The notes under the pieces were generated by a model. That model did not search any database. It was not told the origin of the DNA and worked only from the letters and a program-made list of their open reading frames with translations. 16,289 nt of DNA from Myxococcales bacterium. GTDB lineage: Bacteria; Myxococcota; Myxococcia; Myxococcales; Anaeromyxobacteraceae. The stretch lies in NCBI GenBank assembly GCA_038320275.1, contig JBBQEB010000082.1:1-16289 (forward strand), in the 5' to 3' direction. The translations under genes and the position numbers were made by a program. How positions within the stretch are numbered: the stretch's first letter is position 1; each line of letters begins with the position of its first letter. Of the stretch, positions 1 through 8,607 are shown one piece after another.

Positions 1-1275
1 GCCCTCCGACGTCAGGCGCAGGGCGGGATGGGCGGAGAGGGAGACCGGCACCGCCAGCTCGAGCGTGCTCCCGCGGCCCGGCTCCGAGCGCAGCGCCACC
101 TCTCCACCGAGCCGCGCCGCAGACTCGCGCACCACATCGAGCCCGACCCCCCGCCCGGAGACGGCATCCACCACCCCTCGCGTCGTGAGGCCCCCGCGCA
201 GGAGGAGCGCCGCCGCCGCGTCCGGGCCCAGCCTCTGCCCTGGCTCGGTCATGCCCTTGCGCTCCGCCACGGCGTTCACCGCAGCCACGTCCAGCCCTCG
301 CCCGTCGTCGGTGCAGGTGAAGGCGATGCGGTTCCCGCGCCGCTCCACCGCCACCCGTACCTCTCCCTGGCGCGCCTTTCCCGCCTTCGCCCGTTCCTCG
401 GGCAGCTCGACACCGTGAGCGACCGCATTCCGCACCGCATGGAGGAGGGCGTCCCGCACGGCCGAGAGCACGCCCGCCTCCACGCGCACCCCGCCGCCCG
501 AGCCCGAGAAGCTCACCTCGCGCCCCAGCGTGCGGGCAGCGTCGCGGGCGGCGCGGGCGAGGATCCCGAAGATGGTCTTGGTGGGCACGAGCCTGAGCCG
601 CTCCGCCGAGGAGCGGAGCTGCGAGACCTCGCGCTCCGTTTCGTCCGCGCCCGAGGCGAGCGCGCGCTGAGCGCTCTCCAGCACGGTGCGCAGCTCGTCG
701 GCGAGCGGCCGAAGCCGCGCCGCTGCCTCCAGCCCGCCCGCCTGCAGCCTGCGGGCGGACAGCCCGTCGGCCAAGGTCCGCGAAAGCTCCAGTGCCGAGT
801 CAAGCGCGGCGATGCGCCGCCGGAGCGCCGCCATCTGCACGCTCGCCTCCAGCGCGGTCCCCGCCAAGGCGTCCATGTCCTCGAGATCCACCCGCAGGCT
901 GCGCAGCTCCTCCTCGGGCGCGGGCGCTTCACCCGCCGGCGCGGGGCCCTCCTCGCGGGGCGGCTCGAGCGCTGCCACCGCCGCCGACATGCGGTCCACC
1001 CGATCGAGGAGCGCATCGATCGTTGGGCGGGGGACCGGCGGCGCCCCCTCCTCGCGGTGGGGAGCGAGCTCGTCCTCGACCTCATGGGCGAGGTCGCCCA
1101 GCTCGCGCTGCTGCACCACGCGCGCCGCGCCCTTCAGCGTGTGGGCGAGACGGAGCAGACGACCCACGATGGCGCGATCGGCCGGCGTGCGCTCCAGCTC
1201 GAGAATGCTCCGCGAGAGCCCCCCCAGGAGCTCGCGCGCCTCGACGCGAAAATAGCGGGTGCGGTCCTTCGTCAT
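1..1275 (-). CDS. cheA: CheA-type chemosensory histidine kinase (Hpt, dimerisation, HATPase; truncated by the window edge before the CheW-like domain)
   Basis: Not in the ORF track because it has no stop in the window. Manual translation from ATG 1275 gives [17 protein letters not shown]...[13 protein letters not shown] (Hpt His45), [11 protein letters not shown] (dimerisation start), [14 protein letters not shown] (N box), DDGRGLD (G1) and [10 protein letters not shown] (G2). Start overlaps the MCP stop (ATGA, 1272-1275). Confidence 0.95.
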   Translation of the reverse strand, partial: MTKDRTRYFRVEARELLGGLSRSILELERTPADRAIVGRLLRLAHTLKGAARVVQQRELGDLAHEVEDELAPHREEGAPPVPRPTIDALLDRVDRMSAAVAALEPPREEGPAPAGEAPAPEEELRSLRVDLEDMDALAGTALEASVQMAALRRRIAALDSALELSRTLADGLSARRLQAGGLEAAARLRPLADELRTVLESAQRALASGADETEREVSQLRSSAERLRLVPTKTIFGILARAARDAARTLGREVSFSGSGGGVRVEAGVLSAVRDALLHAVRNAVAHGVELPEERAKAGKARQGEVRVAVERRGNRIAFTCTDDGRGLDVAAVNAVAERKGMTEPGQRLGPDAAAALLLRGGLTTRGVVDAVSGRGVGLDVVRESAARLGGEVALRSEPGRGSTLELAVPVSLSAHPALRLTSEG

Positions 1276-2741
1276 CCCGCCCGCGCCGGCTCGACGAGGG
1301 ACGAGAGGTCGCGCGACATCTGGGCGAGCTGCGAGGCGGTGCGCAGCGCCTCACCCGAGCTCGCCTCGGCTTCCCGGGTGGCCTGGGCCACGTTGGCGAC
1401 TGCCCCGTTGACCTGCTCCACGGCGGTCGCCTGCTGCTTCGTCGACAGCTCGATCTCGCGGGCGGCCTCGCGAGTGGTGCCGACCAGGCGGGTGATGAGG
1501 GTGAAGGCCGCCGCCACCTCGGTGAACTGGCGCGCCCCCGCCTCCACCGCCTTGGAGCCGCTCTCGGTGGCCATGACGGTGGTGTTCACCGCGGAGCGCA
1601 CCTCGTCGATGAGGACGCGGATGTCCTTGGTGGAGCCGGCCACCCGGTCGGCGAGCTTGCGGATCTCCTCCGCCACCACCGCGAAGCGCTTCCCCGCCTC
1701 GCCCGCGCCGGCCGCCTCGATGGTGGCGTTGATGGCGAGGATGTTGGTCTGCTCGGCGAGCTCGTTGATGATCTCGAGGACCCCGCCGATCTGCTGGGAT
1801 TTCCTGCCGAGCTCGAGCATGTGGCCCACGATGAGCTCCACCTGCCGCCGGATGCTCCCCACCGAGTCCTGGCTGCGCTGCACCGTCTGATCGCCCGCCT
1901 TCGCCGCGCCAGCGGTCTCGCCCGCGATGCCGGCCACCCGCTGGGCGCTCTCCGAGATCTGCCGCGAGGTGGCAAGGAGCTCGCTGATGGTGGTGGTGAT
2001 CTCTGCCATGGCGGTGGCCTGCTCCTTGGCACCGGTCGCCTGCTCTCCCGCGGCGGCCTGCAGCTCGGAGGAGGAGCTCTCGACGTGGCGGATGGCGCGC
2101 GTGATCTGGCGGGCCAAGCTGCGGGCGAGGCCGAAGGCGAGGCCGGTGGCGAGGAGGACTGCCGCCAGGGCCAGCAGGAGAAGCTTCCGGATGGCGCTCT
2201 GTGCCGACTCGGCGGAGGCGTGGCGGTCCTCCGCCAGGAGCCGCCCCTCGCGGGCGAGGAAGGCGTCGATCGCCCGATCGAGAACCTCGCGCGCCGGGCG
2301 AACGTCGCGCTCCGCCCGAGCTCCGGCAGCCTCGACCGAGGTGCTGGCGCTGGTCGCGAGCACGTCGAGGAGGATGCGCTGGTACGCCTCGTCGGCGCGG
2401 TCCACCGCCGCCAGGAGTTGGCGTCCTTCGTCCGTCTGCACCTCCCGGGCGAGCAGGTCCAGCGTGCGCCGGAACTCACCCCTCGTGTCGCGGAGCTCCT
2501 CCAGGATGCGCGGATTCCTGGTCATGAGATAGGCCCTGGAGTCGGCAGCCCCCTTGAAGGAGAGCGCGTGCAGCCGCTCGGTATCGACCAGCCGCTGTGC
2601 GGCGATGTTCACCACCGCGTCCGTCCTCGCCACGACCTCCCGGATGGAGGAGATGGCCAGCGCCACCACCAGCCCGGCGAGGGACACCACCAGCGCAAAG
2701 CCCAGCGCGAGCTTCTGGGAGAAGGTGAGTCTCCTGTTCAT
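1272..2741 (-). CDS. Methyl-accepting chemotaxis protein (TM1, periplasmic helical CHASE3/4HB-like sensor, TM2, signalling domain)
   Basis: Hairpin tip [36 protein letters not shown]. Two hydrophobic segments ([39 protein letters not shown]). AGGAG upstream of the start, and ATGA overlap with the upstream cheW. Confidence 0.96.
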   Translation of the reverse strand: MNRRLTFSQKLALGFALVVSLAGLVVALAISSIREVVARTDAVVNIAAQRLVDTERLHALSFKGAADSRAYLMTRNPRILEELRDTRGEFRRTLDLLAREVQTDEGRQLLAAVDRADEAYQRILLDVLATSASTSVEAAGARAERDVRPAREVLDRAIDAFLAREGRLLAEDRHASAESAQSAIRKLLLLALAAVLLATGLAFGLARSLARQITRAIRHVESSSSELQAAAGEQATGAKEQATAMAEITTTISELLATSRQISESAQRVAGIAGETAGAAKAGDQTVQRSQDSVGSIRRQVELIVGHMLELGRKSQQIGGVLEIINELAEQTNILAINATIEAAGAGEAGKRFAVVAEEIRKLADRVAGSTKDIRVLIDEVRSAVNTTVMATESGSKAVEAGARQFTEVAAAFTLITRLVGTTREAAREIELSTKQQATAVEQVNGAVANVAQATREAEASSGEALRTASQLAQMSRDLSSLVEPARAG

Positions 2742-3268
2742 GGACCTGCGCTCCTAGGGTTGGGGCCCTGCACGACGGACGCGGTGATCGCGCGCACGAG
2801 GGAGGGCATGGACAGGACCGGCAGGAGCGCGCCGCTGGCATCGGCCAGCTCGGCCACGTGCGCGCGCTCGCCGCCGCGCGCGGGCGCGAGGTTGGCGGCG
2901 GGGAGGACGAGGTGGCCGTCGAAGGCGGTGAACGCGATCGCTAGACCTCCATCCCCGCAGAGCACGAGCCAGCGCGGCTCGCCGGTCTCCGGGACACCGA
3001 TCAGTCGGGCCGCCGAATAGACCGGTATCACCCTCCCGCGCAGCCCGGCGACGCCCAGGAGCTCGCGGCGGCGCCCCGGCACGGGGACGATGCGCCTCCC
3101 CTGCAGGAGCCCCGCCGCCTGGAGCACCCGGATGGCGACCGGCTCGGCCCCGGCTCGCATCCGGAGCAGCGCCACCTCCTCTCGCCTCGCCGGGGCCGGA
3201 GGGGCCGCGAAGACCTGGTCGAAGGCCTCCCGCAGTCCGGAGAGGGCGCTGGCGTCCCCGTCTCTCAC
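2738..3268 (-). CDS. cheW: CheW adaptor protein (WspD-like, with N-terminal LREAFDQVF helix), 176 aa
   Basis: C-terminal part of track ORF 2738..4360. Likely start is GTG 3268, overlapping the cheR stop (GTGA). CheW motif [26 protein letters not shown]. Confidence 0.88.
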   Translation of the reverse strand: MRDGDASALSGLREAFDQVFAAPPAPARREEVALLRMRAGAEPVAIRVLQAAGLLQGRRIVPVPGRRRELLGVAGLRGRVIPVYSAARLIGVPETGEPRWLVLCGDGGLAIAFTAFDGHLVLPAANLAPARGGERAHVAELADASGALLPVLSMPSLVRAITASVVQGPNPRSAGP

Positions 3269-4845
3269 CCGCCACCTCCGCAACGGCGCAGCTCGGCCCG
3301 GCACAGGTCGGCGAGCGCGTCGCGGGTGAAGCCGCCGCCCAGCAGGAGCACGCGCGAGGCGTCCTCCGCCGCGAGCAGCGCGAGCGCGCGCGTCAGCTCG
3401 CGGCAGGCCTTCTCGGTCTGCCCGGCGCGGCGCGCCATGAGACCGAGGTGGACGCGCGGCATGGCGAAGGAGGGGTCTAGATACAAAGCGTAGTGATCGT
3501 GGTCGGCCGCGCCGTCGAGGTCGCCCGCGCGCTCGCGCAGCAGGGCCTTCACATAGTGAGCCTCCGCCGAGAGCTCGTCCATGTCGAGAATGCGGCCGCA
3601 GACCACTTCCGCCTCGGCGAAGTCGCCGCTGCTGGTGAGGAGCACGGCGCGCAGGATGAGCTGGTCGGGATCCCTGTCCTCGGCGCCGTCCGGAGGACCC
3701 AGCACCCCCAGCGCCTCGGAAAAGCGCTCCTTCTTCAGGAGCTCCAGCGCGTGCGAGAAGCGGAGCGGGTCTGCGGGTCGAGCGGACGGAGCCCCGGGCT
3801 CGGCGGGCTCCGGCGCAGGCTGCGCCGCCTCCGTTGCCGCGGGCTCGGCCTCGCCCCGCCCTTCGCCGCCGCGTGCGAGCGCCGCGATGCGCTCGGAAGC
3901 CCCCCGGATCTCCTCTGCCCAGTCCCGTCCCGGTTCGGCCTCCGTGCCGGCGGCGGGGGGGACCTCCAGGTCGAGCGCGGAGGCCGGCTCGTCGGGCCCG
4001 AGGCCGCCCTCCTTCCTGAGCTGGTAGTAGAACGTCCCGTCCGTGTGGCGCAGGTGGAAGGCGGTCGAGGTGCCGCGCAGCGTCTCGGCATGCCCGAGGA
4101 AGAGGAAGCCGCCCGGGCGCAGCGAGGCCGCGATGCGCCGCACCACCGCGCGGGTCTCCTCCGGCGCGAAGTACATGAGCACGTTCCGGCAGAAGACGAC
4201 GTCGAACGCGCCCGGGCTCCAGAACACCGGATCGGGCTCGGCGAGGTTCCGCTCCTCGAAGGTCACCAGCGAGCGCACCCCGTCGATCACGCGGTGCTCG
4301 CGCCCGGAAAGCTGGAAGAATCGCGCCTTCATCCCCTCCGGAGTCTGGCGCAGGGCCCACGGACCGTACAGGGCGGTCCTCGCGCGGAGGAGCGCCGCCG
4401 GGTTGAGGTCGATGCCGCGGATGGCGACATCCCAGGCGGAGAGCTCCGGGACGCCGCGCACCAGCATCGCGAGCGTGTAGGGCTCCTCGCCGCTGGAGCA
4501 GCCCGCGGACAGGATGCGCAGCCGCCGCTCGCCCCTGCGCGCCGCCACTCGTGAAGGGAGCACCGCTCGCACGAAGGCCCGCAGGTCGTTCTCGTTGCGG
4601 AAGAAGTAGGTCTCACCCACCGTGAGCCGCTCGGCGAGCGCCTGGATCTCCTCGTGCGCGCCCGCCCCCTGGAGCGCGCGGACGTACTCGTCGGAGCTGT
4701 GCCAGCCTCGTGCCTCCATCCGCTCGGCCACCAGCTGTGCCAGGAGATCGAGCCGGGAAGGATCGATCTGGAGGCCGATCCGGCGCGCCACGGCGTCGCG
4801 CACCCGCTCCAGGCCCTGCAGCTCGAGCAGAGGCGGCGGGCTCAC
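3265..4845 (-). CDS. cheR: CheR chemotaxis methyltransferase with C-terminal TPR domain (WspC/FrzF-like), 526 aa
   Basis: Motifs LTVGETYFFRN, ILSAGCSSGEEPYTLAM, GIDLN, FDVVFCRNVLMYF and LRPGGFLFLGHAE. TPR-like segment SAEAHYVKALL...ALYLDPSFAMPRVHLG. Start GTG 4845 overlaps the cheW stop (GTGA). Confidence 0.95.
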   Translation of the reverse strand: MSPPPLLELQGLERVRDAVARRIGLQIDPSRLDLLAQLVAERMEARGWHSSDEYVRALQGAGAHEEIQALAERLTVGETYFFRNENDLRAFVRAVLPSRVAARRGERRLRILSAGCSSGEEPYTLAMLVRGVPELSAWDVAIRGIDLNPAALLRARTALYGPWALRQTPEGMKARFFQLSGREHRVIDGVRSLVTFEERNLAEPDPVFWSPGAFDVVFCRNVLMYFAPEETRAVVRRIAASLRPGGFLFLGHAETLRGTSTAFHLRHTDGTFYYQLRKEGGLGPDEPASALDLEVPPAAGTEAEPGRDWAEEIRGASERIAALARGGEGRGEAEPAATEAAQPAPEPAEPGAPSARPADPLRFSHALELLKKERFSEALGVLGPPDGAEDRDPDQLILRAVLLTSSGDFAEAEVVCGRILDMDELSAEAHYVKALLRERAGDLDGAADHDHYALYLDPSFAMPRVHLGLMARRAGQTEKACRELTRALALLAAEDASRVLLLGGGFTRDALADLCRAELRRCGGGG

Positions 4846-5300
4846 GGCGCGGGTGGCTCCGCGGGCAGAGCGGAGAAGGCGCTCTCCGGCACGAGGAGAC
4901 CCGCTCGCAGCGCCACCAGGAGCTCGCCGTCGAGCGCCCCCAGCGCGTCCGCGGCACCCTCCGTCGCGCGGTCGAGCAGGGATTCCGCGCGCAGGCTGGC
5001 GCGGTCGAGGTCCACCAGTCCGACCACCTCCGAGACGGCGAGCGCGGCGAAGCGGAGGCCGTGGCGGATGCGGACCCAGCGCCGGGCGGTTCCGCCGCTC
5101 GCGCCCAGCAGCGCGTCGAGATCGACCACCGGCGTCGGCTCGCCACGCACCAGAGCGAGGCCGGCGACGAAGCCCGGCACGCCTGCCAGCGGCGAGACCG
5201 GCAAGGGCCGCAGCGTCTCGACCACCGAATCGAGCGCCAGCGCACATCGCCACGCGCCGGCGCGGACGAGGAGCGCGCGGCGTGGAGGTGCGTCGGTCAC
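4842..5300 (-). CDS. cheW: CheW adaptor protein, 152 aa
   Basis: CALALDSVVETLRPLPVSPLAGVPGFVAGLALVRGEPTPVVDLDALLG and AALAVSEVVG are typical CheW segments. First gene of the che cluster. Confidence 0.92.
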   Translation of the reverse strand: MTDAPPRRALLVRAGAWRCALALDSVVETLRPLPVSPLAGVPGFVAGLALVRGEPTPVVDLDALLGASGGTARRWVRIRHGLRFAALAVSEVVGLVDLDRASLRAESLLDRATEGAADALGALDGELLVALRAGLLVPESAFSALPAEPPAP

Positions 5301-5351
5301 GGTCTCTCACCCGGAGGAACAGGCGCGGCAGCGCACCGCGCAAGGGCGAAG

Positions 5352-5357
5352 AGCCTA
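5352..5357 (-). promoter_or_regulatory. Candidate sigma70-type -10 hexamer (TAGGCT) for the che operon
   Basis: TANNNT match in the 134-bp intergenic gap, about 50 nt upstream of the cheW GTG. No convincing -35 was seen. Confidence 0.25.
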
Positions 5358-5434
5358 GTCCATACGGTGCTCTGCGCGAGCGAACCCGCGCGGGTCGCGT
5401 GGCCCCGGGGCGACGCTCGGCGCGGGGCGGAGCG

Positions 5435-6796
5435 CTACAGGAAGCCCAGGCGCGGGTACGCCGTTCCGAGCAGCCTGTCGGTGGTGCTGGTCGCTTGATC
5501 CAGCCAGCGGTCGAGGACGGTGGCGTAGAGCGAGCGGAAATCGGTGGTGAACTTCATGTTCCCGTTCGCGTCGAGGCTTCCCAGGTCGGGGTAGGCGCCG
5601 TACAGCCCGCCCTTCACCGCGTTGCCGAGGCAGAACGCCAGCCCGGCGGTGCCATGGTCGGTGCCGCCCCGGTTCTCCGCGACGCGCCGGCCGAACTCGC
5701 TGTACCCGAGCACCATCACCCGGTCCTGCGCCGTCCCGCCACCCGACGGGATGGAGGCGAGATCCTCGTGGAACGCGGCGAGCGAGCCGCCCAGCGCGCG
5801 CTGAAGGTTGGGATGGTCGCGCAGCTCGTTGGCGTGCGTGTCCCAGCCGGAAAGCCGGCAGAAGTACACCTCCGCGGGCAGCCCGGAGGCGATCATCTGC
5901 GCTACGAGCTTCAGCTGCGGGGAGAGCGCGTTCGTGAGCGAGAGGGTGGGGTCCTCCTTCTTCATGACCGGGTAGCCTGGGTCCCCGGGATAGAGCACCG
6001 ACGGGGTGCGCGCCGGGAGCGTTCCTCCGGTGCCGAAGCCCTTCTGCGCCGCCAGGAAGAGCGCGCCGCTCGACGCGCCCGCCGCGTAGCCATCGCCGCT
6101 GGCTGCGTCGCCCGAGGTCGCGTTCACCGCCGACCCGAACCCGGCCTGGAGAAGCGCTGCATCCCAGGGCGCGCCGACCGCGTTCGCCCGAAGGTAGGAG
6201 GGGTAGACATAGCCGCTCCCGCCGGTGATCGAGACGAAGCTGCGCGCCGCGCCCTTCAACATGACGGGGAGATCGGAGGTGACGGTGAGCCCGCGCAGCA
6301 CGTCCCCCGTCGCGTCGAAGGCCGCGTCCGCGAAGCGCCCGAGCCAGCCGGTACCGTTGGGCGACGTCGCCCCCTGCCCCCACAGGTCGATGGAGATGAA
6401 GTGCGAGAGGTTCGGGTTGTTCATGCCGATCCCGGCTACCCAGGCCACCTTGCCCGCGGCGTGGAGCGCGTCCATGCCCGTGAAGTCCCTCGACAGCCCC
6501 ACCCCGCTGCCGAGATCGACGAGGTCGGACACGGGAGTACCGAGCGTGGGCCGCTTCGCCTCGTAGGCGGTCCGGTTCGCGCCTGCGGTCGGCTGCATCA
6601 TCTGCAGCCAGTCGTTGCCGCCGTCGATGTTCACGACCACCAGGATGCGCTGCGGCGGGAGGCCGCCGCCGGCCACCCCGCCGTCGAGAGCTCCTCCGTC
6701 GAGGGTACGAGATCCCTGTGGCGAGGAGCCGCTCCCGCACGCCGCGACCACCGCGCCCGCACCGAGCCCCTGCAAGAATCCGCGACGGCCAATCAT
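5435..6796 (-). CDS. DUF1501 family protein, predicted Tat-exported lipoprotein (alkaline-phosphatase/sulfatase-like superfamily), 453 aa
   Basis: N-terminal GRRGFLQG twin-arginine motif followed by lipobox VAAC. Family motifs GGNDWL, SHF, GWLGR, GWDTH, SEFGRRVAEN, GTDHG and TTDFRSLYATVL. SD AGGGAG in the 10-bp gap to DUF1800. Confidence 0.93.
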   Translation of the reverse strand: MIGRRGFLQGLGAGAVVAACGSGSSPQGSRTLDGGALDGGVAGGGLPPQRILVVVNIDGGNDWLQMMQPTAGANRTAYEAKRPTLGTPVSDLVDLGSGVGLSRDFTGMDALHAAGKVAWVAGIGMNNPNLSHFISIDLWGQGATSPNGTGWLGRFADAAFDATGDVLRGLTVTSDLPVMLKGAARSFVSITGGSGYVYPSYLRANAVGAPWDAALLQAGFGSAVNATSGDAASGDGYAAGASSGALFLAAQKGFGTGGTLPARTPSVLYPGDPGYPVMKKEDPTLSLTNALSPQLKLVAQMIASGLPAEVYFCRLSGWDTHANELRDHPNLQRALGGSLAAFHEDLASIPSGGGTAQDRVMVLGYSEFGRRVAENRGGTDHGTAGLAFCLGNAVKGGLYGAYPDLGSLDANGNMKFTTDFRSLYATVLDRWLDQATSTTDRLLGTAYPRLGFL

Positions 6797-6806
6797 GGAG
6801 CTCCCT

Positions 6807-8441
6807 TCAATACAGCTGGCCGGCGGGTGAACAGAGGACGAGGTAGGCGAGCTCTCGCGCCTTGGACTGGCCCGCGGCGTCCCAGGCGAACGATCCGGGC
6901 CACAGCGCCGAGAGCCACCCGGCGGTGACGGCGGGCGGGATGGGTGCCGGCTGCAACAGGGCGGCGAGACGGTCGAGCACGCCGGAGGGCGAGGCGGGCG
7001 CGGTGGGGAACCAGCGCGCGACGTCGGTGGGGAAGAGGGGGTAGGAGCTCCCGGCGTAGTTTGCCGTCTCTCCGAGCGTCAGCGCAGCGGCCAGGCGCGT
7101 GCGCCAGCGGATGGTGTTGCTGTTCATCCACGTCACGTCCTCCTTCCAGCCGTTGGGACCGGTGGGATCGAGCAGCTTCATGCCCGCTCCCTCGAAGGCC
7201 GGCCCAGTCACGAGGTACCAGGCCGGGAAACTCTTGGGCGCGGCGGCGGCGAGCGGCAGGCCCAGCATGCGGGCCGCGCGAGCGATCCAGGAGATGGGGC
7301 CCTCCACCAGCGCGAAGCGGTTGTCGGAGGAGAAGAAGTACGTCGAGGAGAGCAGCGCCTTCAGCACGGCGCGCAGGTCGAAGCCCTTCGCCTGCACCAG
7401 CGCCGTCACGTCGGCGAGGTCGCCCGTCGAAAAACGCGCCGTCACGAAATGCGTGAGGAGGCGCCGTGCGAGGAAACCGGCGCAGTTCGAGGCACGGGAG
7501 GAGACGATCGACCGCAGCGCATCCTCACCCGGAGTCATTCCTGCGGGCGCCGCGCCGATGTCGAAGGTCTTGCCCAGGTAGGTGATCGTCCCCGAGCCAT
7601 GCATCGGCGTAGTGGTCGCCCTGGCGGCGCCGTTCCAGAGGAGGCCGTCCGGGTTGGCCTTGCCGTCGTAAAGCCGGAACGTCGCGGCGGCGGCCTGGTG
7701 AAGGTTGGGGTTGGTGGGGTTCGCCACCCAGTCGGCGGTCCGGACGGTGAAGCTCCAGCCGGAGAGGGCGCGCGCGAGCTGGGTGATGTCGGTCTGCGAG
7801 TAGCCGTCGTCGGCGCCCAGCGAGTAGAGCTCCATCACCTCCCGGGCGTAGTTCTCGTTCGGGACCGCGGTGCCCGCGGCGTTGTCGAGGACGAGGTCGA
7901 GCCAGACCGCCATGGCGGGGTCCTTCGACACGAGCACCAGCAGGTCGTCGAAGTGGTCGAGTCCGTGCGACCGCAGGGTCTCGGCCTGCTTCAGCATCAG
8001 CGAGACGGAGTTGACCTTGTGCCAGCCGGTGGCAAAGAAGTTCCCCCAGAAGAGCCCCATGCGCTCGGCGAAGGAGTACGGGGCGTACTGCATGCGAAAG
8101 GCGAGCAGCGCCTGCGCCCGCGCGAGGTCGTTGCGCCACGAGTCCGGGCCGTCCACCAGGTAGCGGTGCGGCCCCGGCACGGCTGGCACGTCGACGCCGC
8201 CGGTGGCGTTCTTGCTGGCGGACCGGGCTGCCTCGGTCACCGGGTCGGCACGGTCGGCGAGCACGCTCGCGAAGAGCGCTCCGTCCACCCCGGTGCCGTC
8301 CACCCAGTCCGCCACGGCCTGCGGCGGGCTGCGCGAAGCCATGGCCGCGGCGTCCTCGGGCGAGAGGCCGAAGCCGGCGCGGCGCGCGAGGTGCTGGACG
8401 TCGGAAGCGGTCCAGCTCGCGATGGGGCTCAGGTCGATCAT
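6807..8441 (-). CDS. DUF1800 family protein, 544 aa
   Basis: Motifs HLARRAGFG, ERMGLFW, DPAMAVWLD, NENYAREVMELYSLG, YSQTDITQLARALSGW, PNGW and C-terminal SPAGQ. It sits in the usual position beside DUF1501. Start set at ATG 8441 (GGAG 7 nt upstream) rather than the track's 8510. Confidence 0.93.
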   Translation of the reverse strand: MIDLSPIASWTASDVQHLARRAGFGLSPEDAAAMASRSPPQAVADWVDGTGVDGALFASVLADRADPVTEAARSASKNATGGVDVPAVPGPHRYLVDGPDSWRNDLARAQALLAFRMQYAPYSFAERMGLFWGNFFATGWHKVNSVSLMLKQAETLRSHGLDHFDDLLVLVSKDPAMAVWLDLVLDNAAGTAVPNENYAREVMELYSLGADDGYSQTDITQLARALSGWSFTVRTADWVANPTNPNLHQAAAATFRLYDGKANPDGLLWNGAARATTTPMHGSGTITYLGKTFDIGAAPAGMTPGEDALRSIVSSRASNCAGFLARRLLTHFVTARFSTGDLADVTALVQAKGFDLRAVLKALLSSTYFFSSDNRFALVEGPISWIARAARMLGLPLAAAAPKSFPAWYLVTGPAFEGAGMKLLDPTGPNGWKEDVTWMNSNTIRWRTRLAAALTLGETANYAGSSYPLFPTDVARWFPTAPASPSGVLDRLAALLQPAPIPPAVTAGWLSALWPGSFAWDAAGQSKARELAYLVLCSPAGQLY

Positions 8442-8442
8442 A

Positions 8443-8568
8443 CGAGGGCTCCGCCCTCGCCCCGTCCAGCAAAGCTGGGCGGGGCCCCACTCCGGCTCGC
8501 AGGGGCCCACGCGCGCTTTCGCGCGCTGTCCCTGCCTGGAGGGCTGCGCCCTCCCCAGCTTCGCTGGG
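8443..8568. repeat. Intergenic cluster of six short palindromes (REP-like composite element)
   Basis: Plus-strand stems: CGAGGGC-tcc-GCCCTCG (8443-8459); GCCCCGtCCAGC-aaa-GCTGGgCGGGGC (8459-8485); GGGCCCC..GGGGCCC (8482-8508); GCGCGC-tttc-GCGCGC (8511-8526); GGAGGGC-tgc-GCCCTCC (8538-8554); CCCAGC-ttc-GCTGGG (8554-8568). Confidence 0.75.
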
Positions 8569-8607
8569 ACCCCTCCCGCGACGGCATGGCGGCTGTGCTT
8601 TCGTAGG

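Noticed and set aside
28..3020. Long plus-strand ORFs (28..1890, 792..3020)
   Set aside because: Antisense shadows of cheA and the MCP. They are Arg/Pro/Ala-rich with no motifs, as expected from stop-codon scarcity at this GC content.
3269..5343. Track's extended N-termini for cheW (to 4360) and cheR (to 5343), i.e. apparent fusion proteins
   Set aside because: The extensions overlap neighbouring real genes. GTG starts at 3268 and 4845 give clean GTGA couplings and normal domain boundaries.
5380..5398. GC hairpin downstream of DUF1501 as an intrinsic terminator
   Set aside because: The stem is short and imperfect with no U-tract, and is unremarkable at this GC content.
3493..8606. Long plus-strand ORFs (3493..4554, 4622..6928, 7449..8606) and off-frame minus ORFs (5355..6740, 7525..8490)
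   Set aside because: They overlap well-supported cheR, cheW, DUF1501 and DUF1800 genes and have no family signatures.
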